Source: Macrostomum lignano
Taxonomy: Eukaryota
Assembly: GCA_002269645.1 (NCBI GenBank)
Contig: NIVC01001069.1
Coordinates: forward strand, 124,001 to 188,000
Direction of reading: 5' to 3'
Length of the DNA: 64,000 nt
Position numbers and translations under genes: made by a program. This document shows positions 1-10,800 of this stretch, piece by piece; position 1 is the stretch's first letter; each line of letters starts with the position of its first letter. The notes under the pieces were generated by a model. The model was not told the origin of the DNA and made no database searches. It saw only the letters and a program-made list of their open reading frames with translations.

Positions 1-2105
1 GAGCTTGCGCTTCGCCATCGCTCTTTGTGGCTTGAAGCTAACGCCAGCCTCGATGAGCCGGCGGGTGGTTTTAGCAGCCTCGCGACGGACAAAGATGTCC
101 AGAGGCGGGAGGCAAAGAAAGGCGTTGAGGCCGTTATAGGGAGCAGAGAGCGGGGCATTCAGGATCATGCGGCACGCGCGTCCCTGCACCTTTTTGAGGG
201 CTTCGTGGCAGGTTTTAATCTGCAAGGCGCAGGTCCAGACCAGGCCGGCGTAAGTGACGGCCGGTCGGACCATTGCGGTATAGATCCACCAGAGCCGTTT
301 CGGGGTGAGGCCCCAGGTGGTGCCTACGGCTCTGCGGAGCTGCGCAAGAATCGCGAGGGATTTTTTGGTTTTGGCCTGGACGTGAGTGGACCAGCTCAGC
401 CGGTGGTCCAGCGTAACGCCGAGACACTTGGTTTGCTTGCAGGATGGGATTTCCACCCCGTAAAGCTTTAGTGGGCGAATACGCCAGTTAACCCTGCTGG
501 TGAACATGATCGCGACAGTTTTGGTCTCAGAGAGCCTGAGGCCGCACCTGTCCGCCCATTGTTCAGCAGAGCGAATAAAGTTTTGCGGGCTTGGGGACGG
601 CCGGGCTTGGGGATAAAAACCACCTTGGCCTCGGTCCAGGGTTTCGGAACAAAGCCGAGAGCAATGCAAGCTTTCAGAAGCCGGCAAAGGTTCCGCAGGA
701 AACCGGTGCATTTCACCGCCTCCCGCAGGAAGGCTGGCACAACGCCGTCCGGTCCTGGGGATTTGAAGGGTTTGAAGGAGGAGACTGCTTTAGTAACGCG
801 GTCCTCCGTGATGATTGAGTCAGCCAGTACGTGTCCGCCCACTGAGTGATCAGGGGGGTCGGGCCTGGCTGGTTCGTTCGGGAAAAACGCTGTTAGCATC
901 GCTTCCAGTGTTTCTCCTGGGTTCTCAGTGAGCGAGCCGTCGGCTCTCTTGACTGAAGAGAGTTTGGACATTTTGTCCAGGGTGAGGGCTTTAACGATTC
1001 TGGAGGTGGGGCGGGAGCCCTCAAGTTCCTCACAGTATTCGCGCCACTTGTTGGTTTTGGCGTTCCTAACCTGCCTCTTGAACTCGTGGATAGAGTTCAG
1101 GTAGGCGGTTTGGTCGGCCGGGTTTTTAGTTTTTTGGGCCCTGCGGTGAAGCCTTTTGGCTCTGCGACGGAGGTCGCCAAGCTGCGGGTTCCACCATGGG
1201 GCCGACTGTTTGCCTTTATATGCCTTTAGTGGGCATGAGGCTTCGAAGGCAGCAGTGAGCGAGTCCGTAAGTGCGGCCGCAAAATCATCTGCTTCCTCGC
1301 AGGTGTTGATGGAGACTGGAGCGCTAGTGCAACGATGGGTCTCCTCTAGGGCAAGCCTGAAGGCGGTCCAGTCGGTATTCCTAGCATTCCGTTTCCAGTA
1401 AAGCTGGCCTGCGTTTCGAGCGCTGGCCAGCGTGAAAGAGATGAACTTGTGATCGGAGAGGGACGCCTCAGGAAGCACCCGCCACTCCCTAGTGCTCTGG
1501 AAGAGCCTGGGCGTGGCGAGGGTGGCATCCAGCACCTCCGATCGGCGTCCGTTATTGAAGGTAGGGGTACTACCCGAGTTACAGAACTCAAGGGTTGTAG
1601 TAGCAATATAAGCCAGGAAGTCTTCACCTCTCTGGTTAATATCAGAACTGCCCCAGTGGGTATGGTGGGCGTTGAAATCGCCTGCCACAAGCAGCTCATA
1701 ATTTCTGGTGGAGCAGAGCTCGACCAATGTGACAAGCTCCCCTGGGATCATCTCGCCGTCGCCCGGTAGGTAAACCGAGGCGATGAGGGTAGTCCTCCCA
1801 GGGAGTATGTCTTCAGATTGGATGACGCAGATGTCCCTGGTGGACAGGTCCGATCTGAGCCATGCGTTAATAGAACTGGACACCATGATGCAGGATCTTG
1901 GTGTCAGGTTTCCCTCCCGGGTGCCAGCGGTTAAACACTGGTAGCCGGTGGGGACATGTTGGGGCCTGCCCCTTAGCGTCCAAGGTTCCTGGATAAGGAT
2001 AATCTCTGGCGCGTATTGGTCAGTGTGCTTCAAGAGGTTGACCGAAGCAGCAATGCTGTGCTGCAGGTTGACCTGCAAGCAGTGGATGCCCTGGGAGACG
2101 GTCAT
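1..2105 (-). pseudogene. LINE ORF2: APE endonuclease plus RT N-terminus, fused out of frame to the post-catalytic RT region; RT core missing
   Basis: ORF 2105-468 reaches KSPGPDG and WTEAKVVFIPKPGR. At ~586-600 the sequence jumps to QNFIRSAEQWADRCGLRLSETKT in another frame, open from 585 to the window edge. No RPISL, QG or YADD motifs lie between. Confidence 0.88.
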
Positions 2106-2107
2106 GT

Positions 2108-3637
2108 CTACTGTCCAGGGGAGGAGAAAAGCAACTCATTCTCAGCCTCATCGGTGAGAGTTGAGTCGACAGTTTCCATTGGCTCAGGCCCAGCCGCCTC
2201 CCCAGCCGCCGCGGAGGCGGACACGGCGCCCACGGCAGGTGAGTCACCTAGCCGCGCTACACCGCCCTCCCCCCCAGCGACTGGGATACGGCTGCTGCCT
2301 TCGTCTTGCGCCCCGCCGTCGGGAGTCTGAGCTCGGCCGGCAGCGTCCTCCTGGTGGTAATCCCACCAGTTGGAAGGCTGAGCCATGCCGTCGTCCAGTT
2401 CCCTCGGCTGGCTTTTGGTGTTTTTGCGAGCAGCACGAGTCTGCTCGAGGTGAAGTCTCAGAGACTGAGCTTCGTCAAGTGCGCGCTGGATTAGCCCGGA
2501 CCGCCGGTTATTGCGGGCGGTTCTACGTCCGCGCGAGGCGGACTCAGCAGCGCGAATAGCCTTGTTAGGCTCGGGATCGGGCTGCTGCTGCCGCTTGGCC
2601 GGCGGAGCCTGAGCCCCAGCTCCGGGAGCGGCGCGCTTCCCGTCGTTCTTGGTCTCCACCTTTCCCTCCTCACAGCGGAGGATGGTCAGTTGATGGAGAC
2701 CAAGGTGGAGGTTTGTGCCGTGCGGTAGCCGCTTGGCCCATCCCTCCGTCAGGCCGAGGATGACGGTGGCCCCGGTCGTGCCCTTGCGGACCGTGCTGTG
2801 GTACACAAGACCACTGGCGTCGAGATCCGGGTGCCGCTTGAGCAGGAGCTGCCGCAGCTGCTCCCCGGACTTGATCGCACTGTCGGCCGGGACCCAAATC
2901 CGATGGCGGATGGTCTTCGGCCGCTCGCTCTCCAGGGCGAAGGTCAGCTGGCCCAGGTCGCTGTGCCAGTCGAACTTGGGCAGCTGGTCCCGCAGGAGCT
3001 GGGTGCTCTCCTCGGATTTGCACCACAGTAGGATGCACCCGTTCGCCTTGGTGGACTTGACGATGTCCACGAAGACGCCCTCCATGGTTAGGTTGAGCAA
3101 GCCCTCGTCGATGGTGCGCCACGCGACGTCGAGCTGCTCGGGCGTCAGGTCGAAATCCCCGCCGAGGATCATCACGGCGGGTTGCAGCGGCTGCTTGACC
3201 TTGGAGGCGTAGGACTCGGAGGTCTTAAGCGGGGCCGCTTTGTCCTTGGAAGGCGGTAGGCCGGCAGGGTTGCCCCCCTGAGAGTCCGAGGACACGGCGG
3301 TTCCTGACGGCCCAGCCGCGCCACCGGACTCCCCAGAGGGCTTCCCCGCTGCGGTGGCTCACGAAGGCCTCACCGCGGCTTGCCCGCCCTCCGCGGACGC
3401 AACAGCAGCCCGCTTCTCCTGCCGCTTACGATTACGGCGGATATTTCGCTGCCGTCGGGACTCGGCCGTGCGCGGTCGGCTAGTCTGGCGGCCAGGGTGC
3501 TCGGCGGCAGCGTCAGCTGGCCCGGTTGGACCAGGTTGGGCGTTGGTGCTACCAGTGGTAGCTACCGGAGCGGCTGATCCCGGTGGGCCAGTGGCGACCG
3601 GGTCAGTTTCATTGATAAAATTGGCGTTAGTGGCCAT
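2108..3637 (-). pseudogene. LINE ORF1 (gag-like, ~509 codons) interrupted by one in-frame TGA at 3359-3361
   Basis: ORFs 3359..3637 and 2108..3295 share a frame; the sequence reads through as PS*ATAAGKPSGESGG...VSSDSQ. The central globular block (ILGGDFDLT...RIWVP...LHLGLHQLTI) resembles DUF4780-like ORF1 domains of LOA-type elements (inference). Confidence 0.8.
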
Positions 3638-3842
3638 AGCTGAAAAGCGGGGGAGGGCTACTCGTTACGCGAGTTGAGTACCCGACTGGCCGACACCTCA
3701 AGCCAGCCGGTTTGAAAAAAGGACCGCTAGCGACCGGACTACTCCCCGGCCTTCCAGCCCATCGGCACGGTCAAACACCTTAGGCATTAGAGGGTACGTT
3801 AAGCAGCACCACGGCCTGCAGGCTGGCGAGCCAGACCCGCAT

Positions 3843-4127
3843 ACCCAAATTCGGCCGAAGCCACTGGATAGGGTCGCCAGCGCCGGAGCCCAGTCTGTCC
3901 AGCAGCCCTAGGGTCTGCCTTGAACACACGCGGGGACGGGTACCCCTGGGTCGACTTGCGAGACAGCGTGGGGGAGTCTGCGGCTGCCAGAGGCAAATAG
4001 AGGGTGCAGACCTCCCACCAGCCTTGACCTGCTGAAGATAGGGGCAGGCGTGAAGCATCGCAGACCTTAGCTCGTAGGCCTAGTCTGTCTCATTCTTCAC
4101 TGGCGTGCTGAATACACCTTCGCGTGC
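3843..4127 (-). ncRNA. Candidate HDV-like (nested double pseudoknot) self-cleaving ribozyme at the LINE 5' end
   Basis: Minus-strand RNA: P1 GCACGCG (4127-4121) pairs with CGCGUGU (3932-3926), G1-U wobble included. P3 GGG/CCC (3945-3943/3935-3933); L3 UACCCGU; P1.1 AC/GU (3925-3924); J4/2 CGAA (3853-3850); P2 ACCCAG/UUGGGU. G1 is the element/satellite boundary. Confidence 0.8.
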
Positions 4128-4607
4128 GGGGAATTGTGCAACTCTGCTTCTGGTAGTTCTGAGGGGAATTGTGCAGCTGTGCTTCTGGTAGTTCTGAGGG
4201 GAATTGTGCAGCTGTGCTTCTGGTAGTTCTGAGGGGAATTGTGCAGCTGTGCTTCTGGTAGTTCTGAGGGGAATTGTGCAGCTGTGCTTCGGGTAGTTCT
4301 GAGGGGAATTGTGCAGCTGTGCTTCTGGTAGTTCTGAGGGGAATTGTGCAGCTGTGCTTCTGGTAGTTCTGAGGGGAATTGTGCAGCTGTGCTTCTGGTA
4401 GTTCTGAGGGGAATTGTGCAATTCTGCTTCTGGTAGTTCTGAGGGGAATTGTGCAGCTCTGCTTCTGGTAGTTCTGAGGGGAATTGTGCAGCTGTGCTTC
4501 TGGTAGTTCTGAGGGGAATTGTGCAGCTCTGCTTCTGGTAGTTCTGAGGGAAGTTGTGCAGCTGTGCTTCTGGTAGTTCTGAGGGGAATTGTGCAGCTGT
4601 GCTTCTT
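4128..4607. repeat. 35-bp minisatellite (GGGGAATTGTGCAGCTGTGCTTCTGGTAGTTCTGA), ~14 units
   Basis: Direct tandem units. The same family occurs at ~14400-14957 (same orientation) and ~11977-12380 (inverted). Confidence 0.97.
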
Positions 4608-4829
4608 AAGGTGGTGAAGCTCTGCTAAAAAATAGTCTTGAGCCTGATAATTAAGTGTGGAATTTGTTTGGAAAAATCCTATCTTCTGAGCGGGACTGGA
4701 TAATTGTTCTGAGGTAATTGGTCTTTAAGCGCTGCAGCTTGCTTATAAAAGACGGCATGGTTTTCTTTTTTAAAATGAAGAAAACAACCGGGTTTTTTGC
4801 ATCTAAATTATAATCTGTTGTTAGCAGCA

Positions 4830-7800
4830 ATGCAAAAGAGCGGAAGTATTAAGGTGAATTTCGGTAAGTGCTCTGTAGCCGACAAAACAGATTTTATTAC
4901 ACCAAATTATTGCCTGAAATCGCCACAAACCTGTGCACTCGCGTCTTTGTAGATGATTTTCAACTTTCGGCCCAAATACTTAATTCCGTGAGGCGGCCGG
5001 GCAAGGTCAAGTGGTTCGATGTCGCTCGAGGCTTCGGCTTCATCCTGCCGGACGACCGAGGTCGGAATGTCTTCGTGCATCAGGTGTGCTGCGGCGGGGC
5101 TTGAGTAGCCCTCGGTTGCTATGGGGTTTCGTTGAGTAGTTTTGGTTGTCGAGCGTTTCAATTTTTTGTATTAGGTTTGATTGCTATGGTGTCTCTTTGA
5201 GAAAGTTTGGTTGCTATGGGGTTTTCTTGAGTCGGTTTTTTCTTTTTATGGCTTTCCTTGAGTAGTTTTTTATTAGGTTTGATTGCTGTTGTTTTCTTGA
5301 GCCGTGACTAGGTATGGTTGCTATGGGGCTTCCTTGAGTAGGTTTGGTTGCAATGGAGTTTCTTTCAGTAGGTTTAGTCGCTATGTGGTTTTCTTGAGTA
5401 GTTTTGGTTGCAATGGAGTTTATTTCAGTAGGTTTAGTCGCTATGTGGTTTTCTTGAGTAGTTTTGGTTGCAATGGAGTTTCTTTCAGTAGGTTTAGTCG
5501 CTATGTGGTTTTCTTGAGTAGTTTTGGTTGCAATGGAGTTTCTTTCAGTAGGTTTAGTCGCTATGTGGTTTTCTTGAGTAGTTTTGGTTGCAATGGAGTT
5601 TCTTTCAGTAGGTTTAGTCGCTATGTGGTTTTCTTGAGTAGTTTTGGTTGCAATGGAGTTTCTTTCAGTAGGTTTAGTCGCTATGTGGTTTTCTTGAGTA
5701 GTTTTGGTTGCAATGGAGTTTCTTTCAGTAGGTTTAGTCGCTATGTGGTTTTCTTGAGTAGTTTTGGTTGCAATGGAGTTTCTTTCAGTAAGTTTAGTCG
5801 CTATGTGGTTTTCTTGAGTAGTTTTGGTTGCTATTTCACTGGTACATCTTTGAGTTCCACCAAATCTAACAGCATCCCTCTTGAATCTCCATCAAGTCCG
5901 CCATCTGCATGCCGGGATTTCGAAACCTCTGTCCTGACGAGCTGGTGGAGTTTGAGACCCGGGCAGCCGAGAAGGGCCTGGAGGCTCGTCTGGTCACCGG
6001 ACCCGGCGGGGTTCCGTGCCGCGGCGCCGAGAACGTCGGGCAGAGACGGATGCTGAAGTGAGGCTGAATTGATGAGGCTGCAAGTGTGGGACTGAGATGT
6101 ACTTAAATATAATATTTTAACTGGAATTTACTTTAGGGATTCGAATTGGGCTTCTTAAACTAGAAATGAGTGTTATAAAACTCAAAGTAAGAATTGGGAA
6201 ACTCATAGTGAGGATTAGAGAACTCAAAGTGAGGATTAGGGAACTCAAAGTGAGGATTAGGGAACTCAAAGTGAGGATTAGGAAACTCGAAGTGAGGATT
6301 AGGGAACTCAAAGTGAGGATTAGGGAACTCGAAGTGAGGATTAGGGAACTCAAAGTGAGGATTAGGAAACTCAAAGTGAGGATTAGAGAACTCAAAGTGA
6401 GGATTAGGGAACTCGAAGTGAGGATTAGGGAACTCAGTGAGGATTAAGGGAACTAAAAGGGAGGATTAGAGAACTCAAAGTGAGGATTAGGGAACTCAAA
6501 GTGAGGATTAGGGAACTCAAAGTGAGGATTAGGGAACTCAAAGTGAGGATTAGGGAACTCAAAGTAAGGATTAGGGAACTCAAAGTAAGGATCAGGGAAC
6601 TCAAAGTGAGGATTGTGTAGTGAGCCGCTAGTTTAGTGTTTGGCGGGCCCCTTTGTCAGCAGTCAGCAGCCTCGCCCTGGGTTGCTGTCTGCCGCTGGTC
6701 AGCTTCCCGCCCCCTTGGCCGTCTGTTGCTGCCCTTGGCCTGTTCTGCCCTTCTGCGTCTCTGTTCTCAGCCCTCAGCTTCTCTGCTGTAGGCTGTTTCT
6801 GTTTCGTTCCGGTCCCGTTTTGCTCACATGACAGATCTTGCGTTCTTGGAGTCTTAAAGTGCAGTAAACATGTTTACTGCACTCGTTGGCCCTGTTTACC
6901 GGGAGAATCGCGTGCTTTCGGACCTCTCCCTTCTCTAAGGAGAGGAGTGACTCATGTTGCTAAAAATAGCAACTGAGTCACAGCCGCGTGTAGTCTGGCC
7001 GGAGACCTCAAGTGACGTCAGTTCTAAAAATAGAACGAGTCACGAGGTCTTGTGCGTGGGTGTCTCCCGGCTATAAATAGGACCCCTCTCTCCTTGTTTC
7101 CGTCAAGGAGGCTTCTTATCTGCGGAGAATCCACTAAGCTCCCGTGTGCGTCAGTGTCTAACTAAGTGCCCTTTGCGTACACTGAATCTGCTTGTACTGG
7201 TCTGACTGAGACCCCACTAAAGCCCAACCTCAAGCCTACGAGAGGCTAACTCAGCCCTCCCTGAACCAACCAAGCCCGGCAGGTGCTGCTGACGAGACGC
7301 CTTGTACGTTGAACTGCAAATCTGCACCCGGTGCTGAGTTCGTTGACTTCGTTATTTCGTTCCGACGGGAAGCTCACCTCATCGAAGGCCGAGACCTGAA
7401 AGAACTGGTGGCAGCACTACCCACGCTACCGCTACTAAGAGTTAAGAAGGCTTCCGAGTGAGAAGCCGGAGAGCCCAAGTCACTGCGCTGGACAGCAGGA
7501 CCCAAGTCACTTCCGTCTCCCGATCGACAACGCGTTGAAGAAGCTGCCCGAGTATGCTGATCTGCCCGACTACGTCAAGGACTTTCCAATGTCGCCTGGA
7601 CGAGGCGACTGAGTTGGCCAAGGAGCGCCTGCATCTGCATCAGCAACTGCGAGACGAGCACTACTCGAACCTGCCCGCCAGCAAGAAGCTTCAAGCTGTT
7701 GATCTGGTATTTCTCAATAATCCGGCGCTCGAACCGGACGAGGCGGCGAAGTTTCATCGACCGCGCAAAGCACTGTACGAAGTCGTCGAGCCCAAGGGCG

Positions 7801-10800
7801 AGGTCGTCTACAAGATTCGACGTAGACTGCCAAACCCGAGAGCTAGACGAGACGAACTAGTCGTCCATCGCCGGAACCTTCTGCTCGTGCCGGACGCTGA
7901 CTACACGAGGACTTCCGATCCGGAAGTCGACAAGCCAAAGAAGCGTCGGCGACTGCCTGACGTTCCCCACGGCGCAGGACCCGCGACCCTGGCGCCGATC
8001 CCGAGGACGACCAGGACGACCCTGAAGATGACGAGGATGACGGCTACGACGCAAGGCCGGCCTTCCGATGGCACTTCCGGCCTTTGGCGATCCCGGAGGT
8101 GCAGCCAGGAGGTGGACCGGTCACGACACCAGCGAACCAGCGCAGAAATGCACCCTCAACGCTCTGCGAAGCGCACGGAGCGCTCGTCCTCCGAGGAGAG
8201 CCAACGCCAGATTCGTCGCCGAGACGCCTTGGCCCCAGGATTTCCCGGCCAACCCATTGGCGCGGCCGCTGGCCAGTACGAGCCATTTGGCGGCTCTCGG
8301 GATGCGCCCCGCATCCCCCCACAGTATCGAATCGGCTCGCGGCGCAGCAGCCGGCCGGCGTCACCGCCATTAAGGCCCCGTTCGCCGCCCCCTGAGCGGC
8401 GCCCGTCAAGAAGATCGCGCCGCAGGTGCAGGGCTGGACGTCGCCAGACGGACCCTGAGGATGGGGTCAGCCGCGCTTTGGCCGAGATTCGCCAACAGGT
8501 CGAGCCGAACAAGATCGTAAAACTGCGCGGACAGTGCGTGAGCAACACCCGACCGGAGCTGGGGCAGCCTCACCGCCACTGTTTATCGACCTCACCCAGC
8601 CAGACACCCCTGTCCGCCGCCTAAAGGTCGAAAAGGTCGAGGACAGTGCTGGCATCCAAGACGCCGTGTCACGAGGCACCGCTGCGGTGCGGCGGCAGCT
8701 ACAACCGCGCCGACCCGAGGCCCCGGCCCCCGCGGCACCTGCGACGGTGCAGGCGGCCGAACAGCCAGCTCTACAACCGGAGGCACTCGCCGAGGACCGG
8801 AAGCCGACAGCGGAAGCCGCTTGTCAGGCGGACCCGCCCCCGAGGACCGAGCTCCCGAGACAACCGATTGGTCGGGCCTGGCTACGGACCTCCGCCAAGC
8901 TCTCGGCGTCCCTGACTACCCGGCGACAGCGGCCCCGCCCAACTCACCGGAGCTCCCGACGGCCGCCCCGGACGCGGCCGAGACCAAGCCCGCGGTACAG
9001 CGCCAGGCCCCTTCGCTGAGGGACGGTCAGGTAGCGGTCACGCGGTATATTGAGACCATCTATTACTTGGGCCAGCAACTCACGGCCGCGGCCCAAGTCG
9101 GAGTCTTGCCGGACCTGACCGCTTGGCCTCGGTGGGCCGCCGTGAGAGCTCTCAACGACGAAGACCGACAGCGGCTCATGGATGAAGTCTCCCACCTGGC
9201 TGCACCGACGCTCCGCGACCCGCCGTACCCCGAAGCGGCGCGCACGACCGCCCGACTGATCGCGGCGCAAATCGGCGGCCGCACTCCAGAGGTACCGGAG
9301 CTCATCCTGCGCTGCGGTGAACCAGGAACTGACTAACTGTGTATGGTGCCGGCATCCCTAGTGAAATTCTTAGCGCCCTTCTGCTTTAGCGCTCTTGCCT
9401 TTGCCTGCGCTGCCTGCGTATGCTCAGGCGCAATCTGCGCCTTCCGTTGCGTTTTGGGCGAATTTTGCCCGTCATTTGACACGTCCCCTAGCCAGTCTGG
9501 CGCATTTTTCTCCCCCCTTCTTTTGTGCCGAATCATTGGGCTTTGCAATTGACTCCCGCAACCCACATATTTAGGCGCCTCTTACTCATAACAGGGCCGG
9601 CGCCCACCTTTTTCTCCATTCGTCTTACCATTAAATTTTGGGGCAGTAATACGGCTCTCGCCCAGCCGCGCGCGTACGGCCCATAGTGGCCCTCGGTTTT
9701 ATCATGTCCCTTGTCCCAAGGGCTCAGGTACCCTTTTGTCCCCCACGGGCTCTGCAATTATTTGACGCACCCCGGTATTTAGGTGCCTTTTCTCATGGCG
9801 GGCCGGCGCCCCCACATTGCGTTTAATCGCGGCCCTGACCCAGCCCAATCCCGCATTAATTTGACAAGCCTGTAACACCTTTTTGCCAAACAAAATATTT
9901 TATCTTCGCAGTTTTACCTTTTTGAATAAAGGCGCGCTCTGCCTTCACTCCGCCTCTTTATTTGAACGGTGAGAGTGTAGTGAGCCGCTAGTTTAGTGTT
10001 TGGCGTCCCCCTTTGTTCCCTCGCCCTCGCCCTGGGTTGCTGTCTGCCGCTGGTCAGCTTCCCGCCCCCTTGGCCGTCTGTTGCTGCCCTTGGCCTGTTC
10101 TGCCCTTCTGCGTCTCTGTTCTCAGCCCTCAGCTTCTCTGCTGTAGGCTGTTTCTGTTTCGTTCCGGTCCCGTTTTCCTGGAGTTTCCCGTCTTCCTATC
10201 TTGCGTTCTTGGAGTCTTAAAGTGCAGTAAACATGTTTACTGCACTCGTTGGCCCTGTTTACCGGGAGAATCACGTGCTTTCGGACCTCTCCCTTCCCTA
10301 AGAAGAGGAGTGACTCATGTTGCTAAAAATAGCAACTGAGTCACAGCCGCGTGTACTCTGGCCGGAGACCTCAAGTGACGTCAGTTCTAAAAATAGAACG
10401 AGTCACGAGGTCTTGTGCGTGGGTGTCTCCCGGCTATAAATAGGACCCCTCTCTCCTTGTTTCCGTCAAGGAGGCTTCTTATCTGCGGAGAATCCACTAA
10501 GCTCCCGTGTGCGTCAGTGTCTAACTAGGTGCCCTTTGCGTACACTGAATCTGCTTGTACTGGTCTGACTGAGACCCCACTAAAGCCCAACCTCAAGCCT
10601 ACGAGAGGCTAACTCAGCCCTCCCTGAACCAACCAAGCCCGGCAGGTGCTGCTGACGAGACGCCTTGTACGTTGAACTGCAAATCTGCACCCGGTGCTGA
10701 GTTCGTTGACTTCGTTATTTCGTTCCGACGGGAAGCTCACCTCATCGAAGGCCGAGACCTGAAGGAACTGGTGGCAGCACTACCTACGCTACCGCTACTA

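Larger units (their letters stand above)
1..4127 (-). mobile_element. Non-LTR retrotransposon (APE-type, R1/LOA-like), intact 5' end, internally deleted; 3' part runs off the window
   Basis: About 490-nt 5' UTR, ORF1 (3637-2108), then ORF2 starting 2 nt after the ORF1 stop with an APE endonuclease (QVNLQHS, LIQEPW, SVYLP, GDFNAHH, DATL, SDH). Post-RT region in another frame (WADRCGLRLSETKT, KCLGVTLDHRLSW, WGLTPKRLWWIYTAMVRP, LPPLDIF) resembles LOA/R1-group elements. Clade call is from motif recall, not a search. Confidence 0.92.

Noticed and set aside
25-471. Plus-strand ORFs over the LINE and over SNRNP200 exons
   Set aside because: Antisense shadows of GC-rich coding sequence.
3359-3361. 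Programmed readthrough or selenocysteine at the ORF1 TGA
   Set aside because: The element is otherwise damaged, CGA>TGA is the simplest explanation, and no SECIS or readthrough context was seen.
4128-4607. CRISPR-like appearance of 25-38-bp repeat arrays
   Set aside because: Units are head-to-tail with no unique spacers, the context is eukaryotic, and there are no cas genes.
4868-5104. Stand-alone bacterial-type cold-shock ORF, or Y-box/CNBP assignments for the separate exons
   Set aside because: Splice sites join the CSD and knuckle exons in frame at LIN28-typical positions.
6200-6615. TTAGGG once per 21-bp unit (telomere-like)
   Set aside because: Hexamers are isolated, not (TTAGGG)n runs, and no telomeric context is present; probably chance.
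8300-9336. env gene in the Gypsy element
   Set aside because: No signal peptide, fusion peptide or transmembrane anchor visible.
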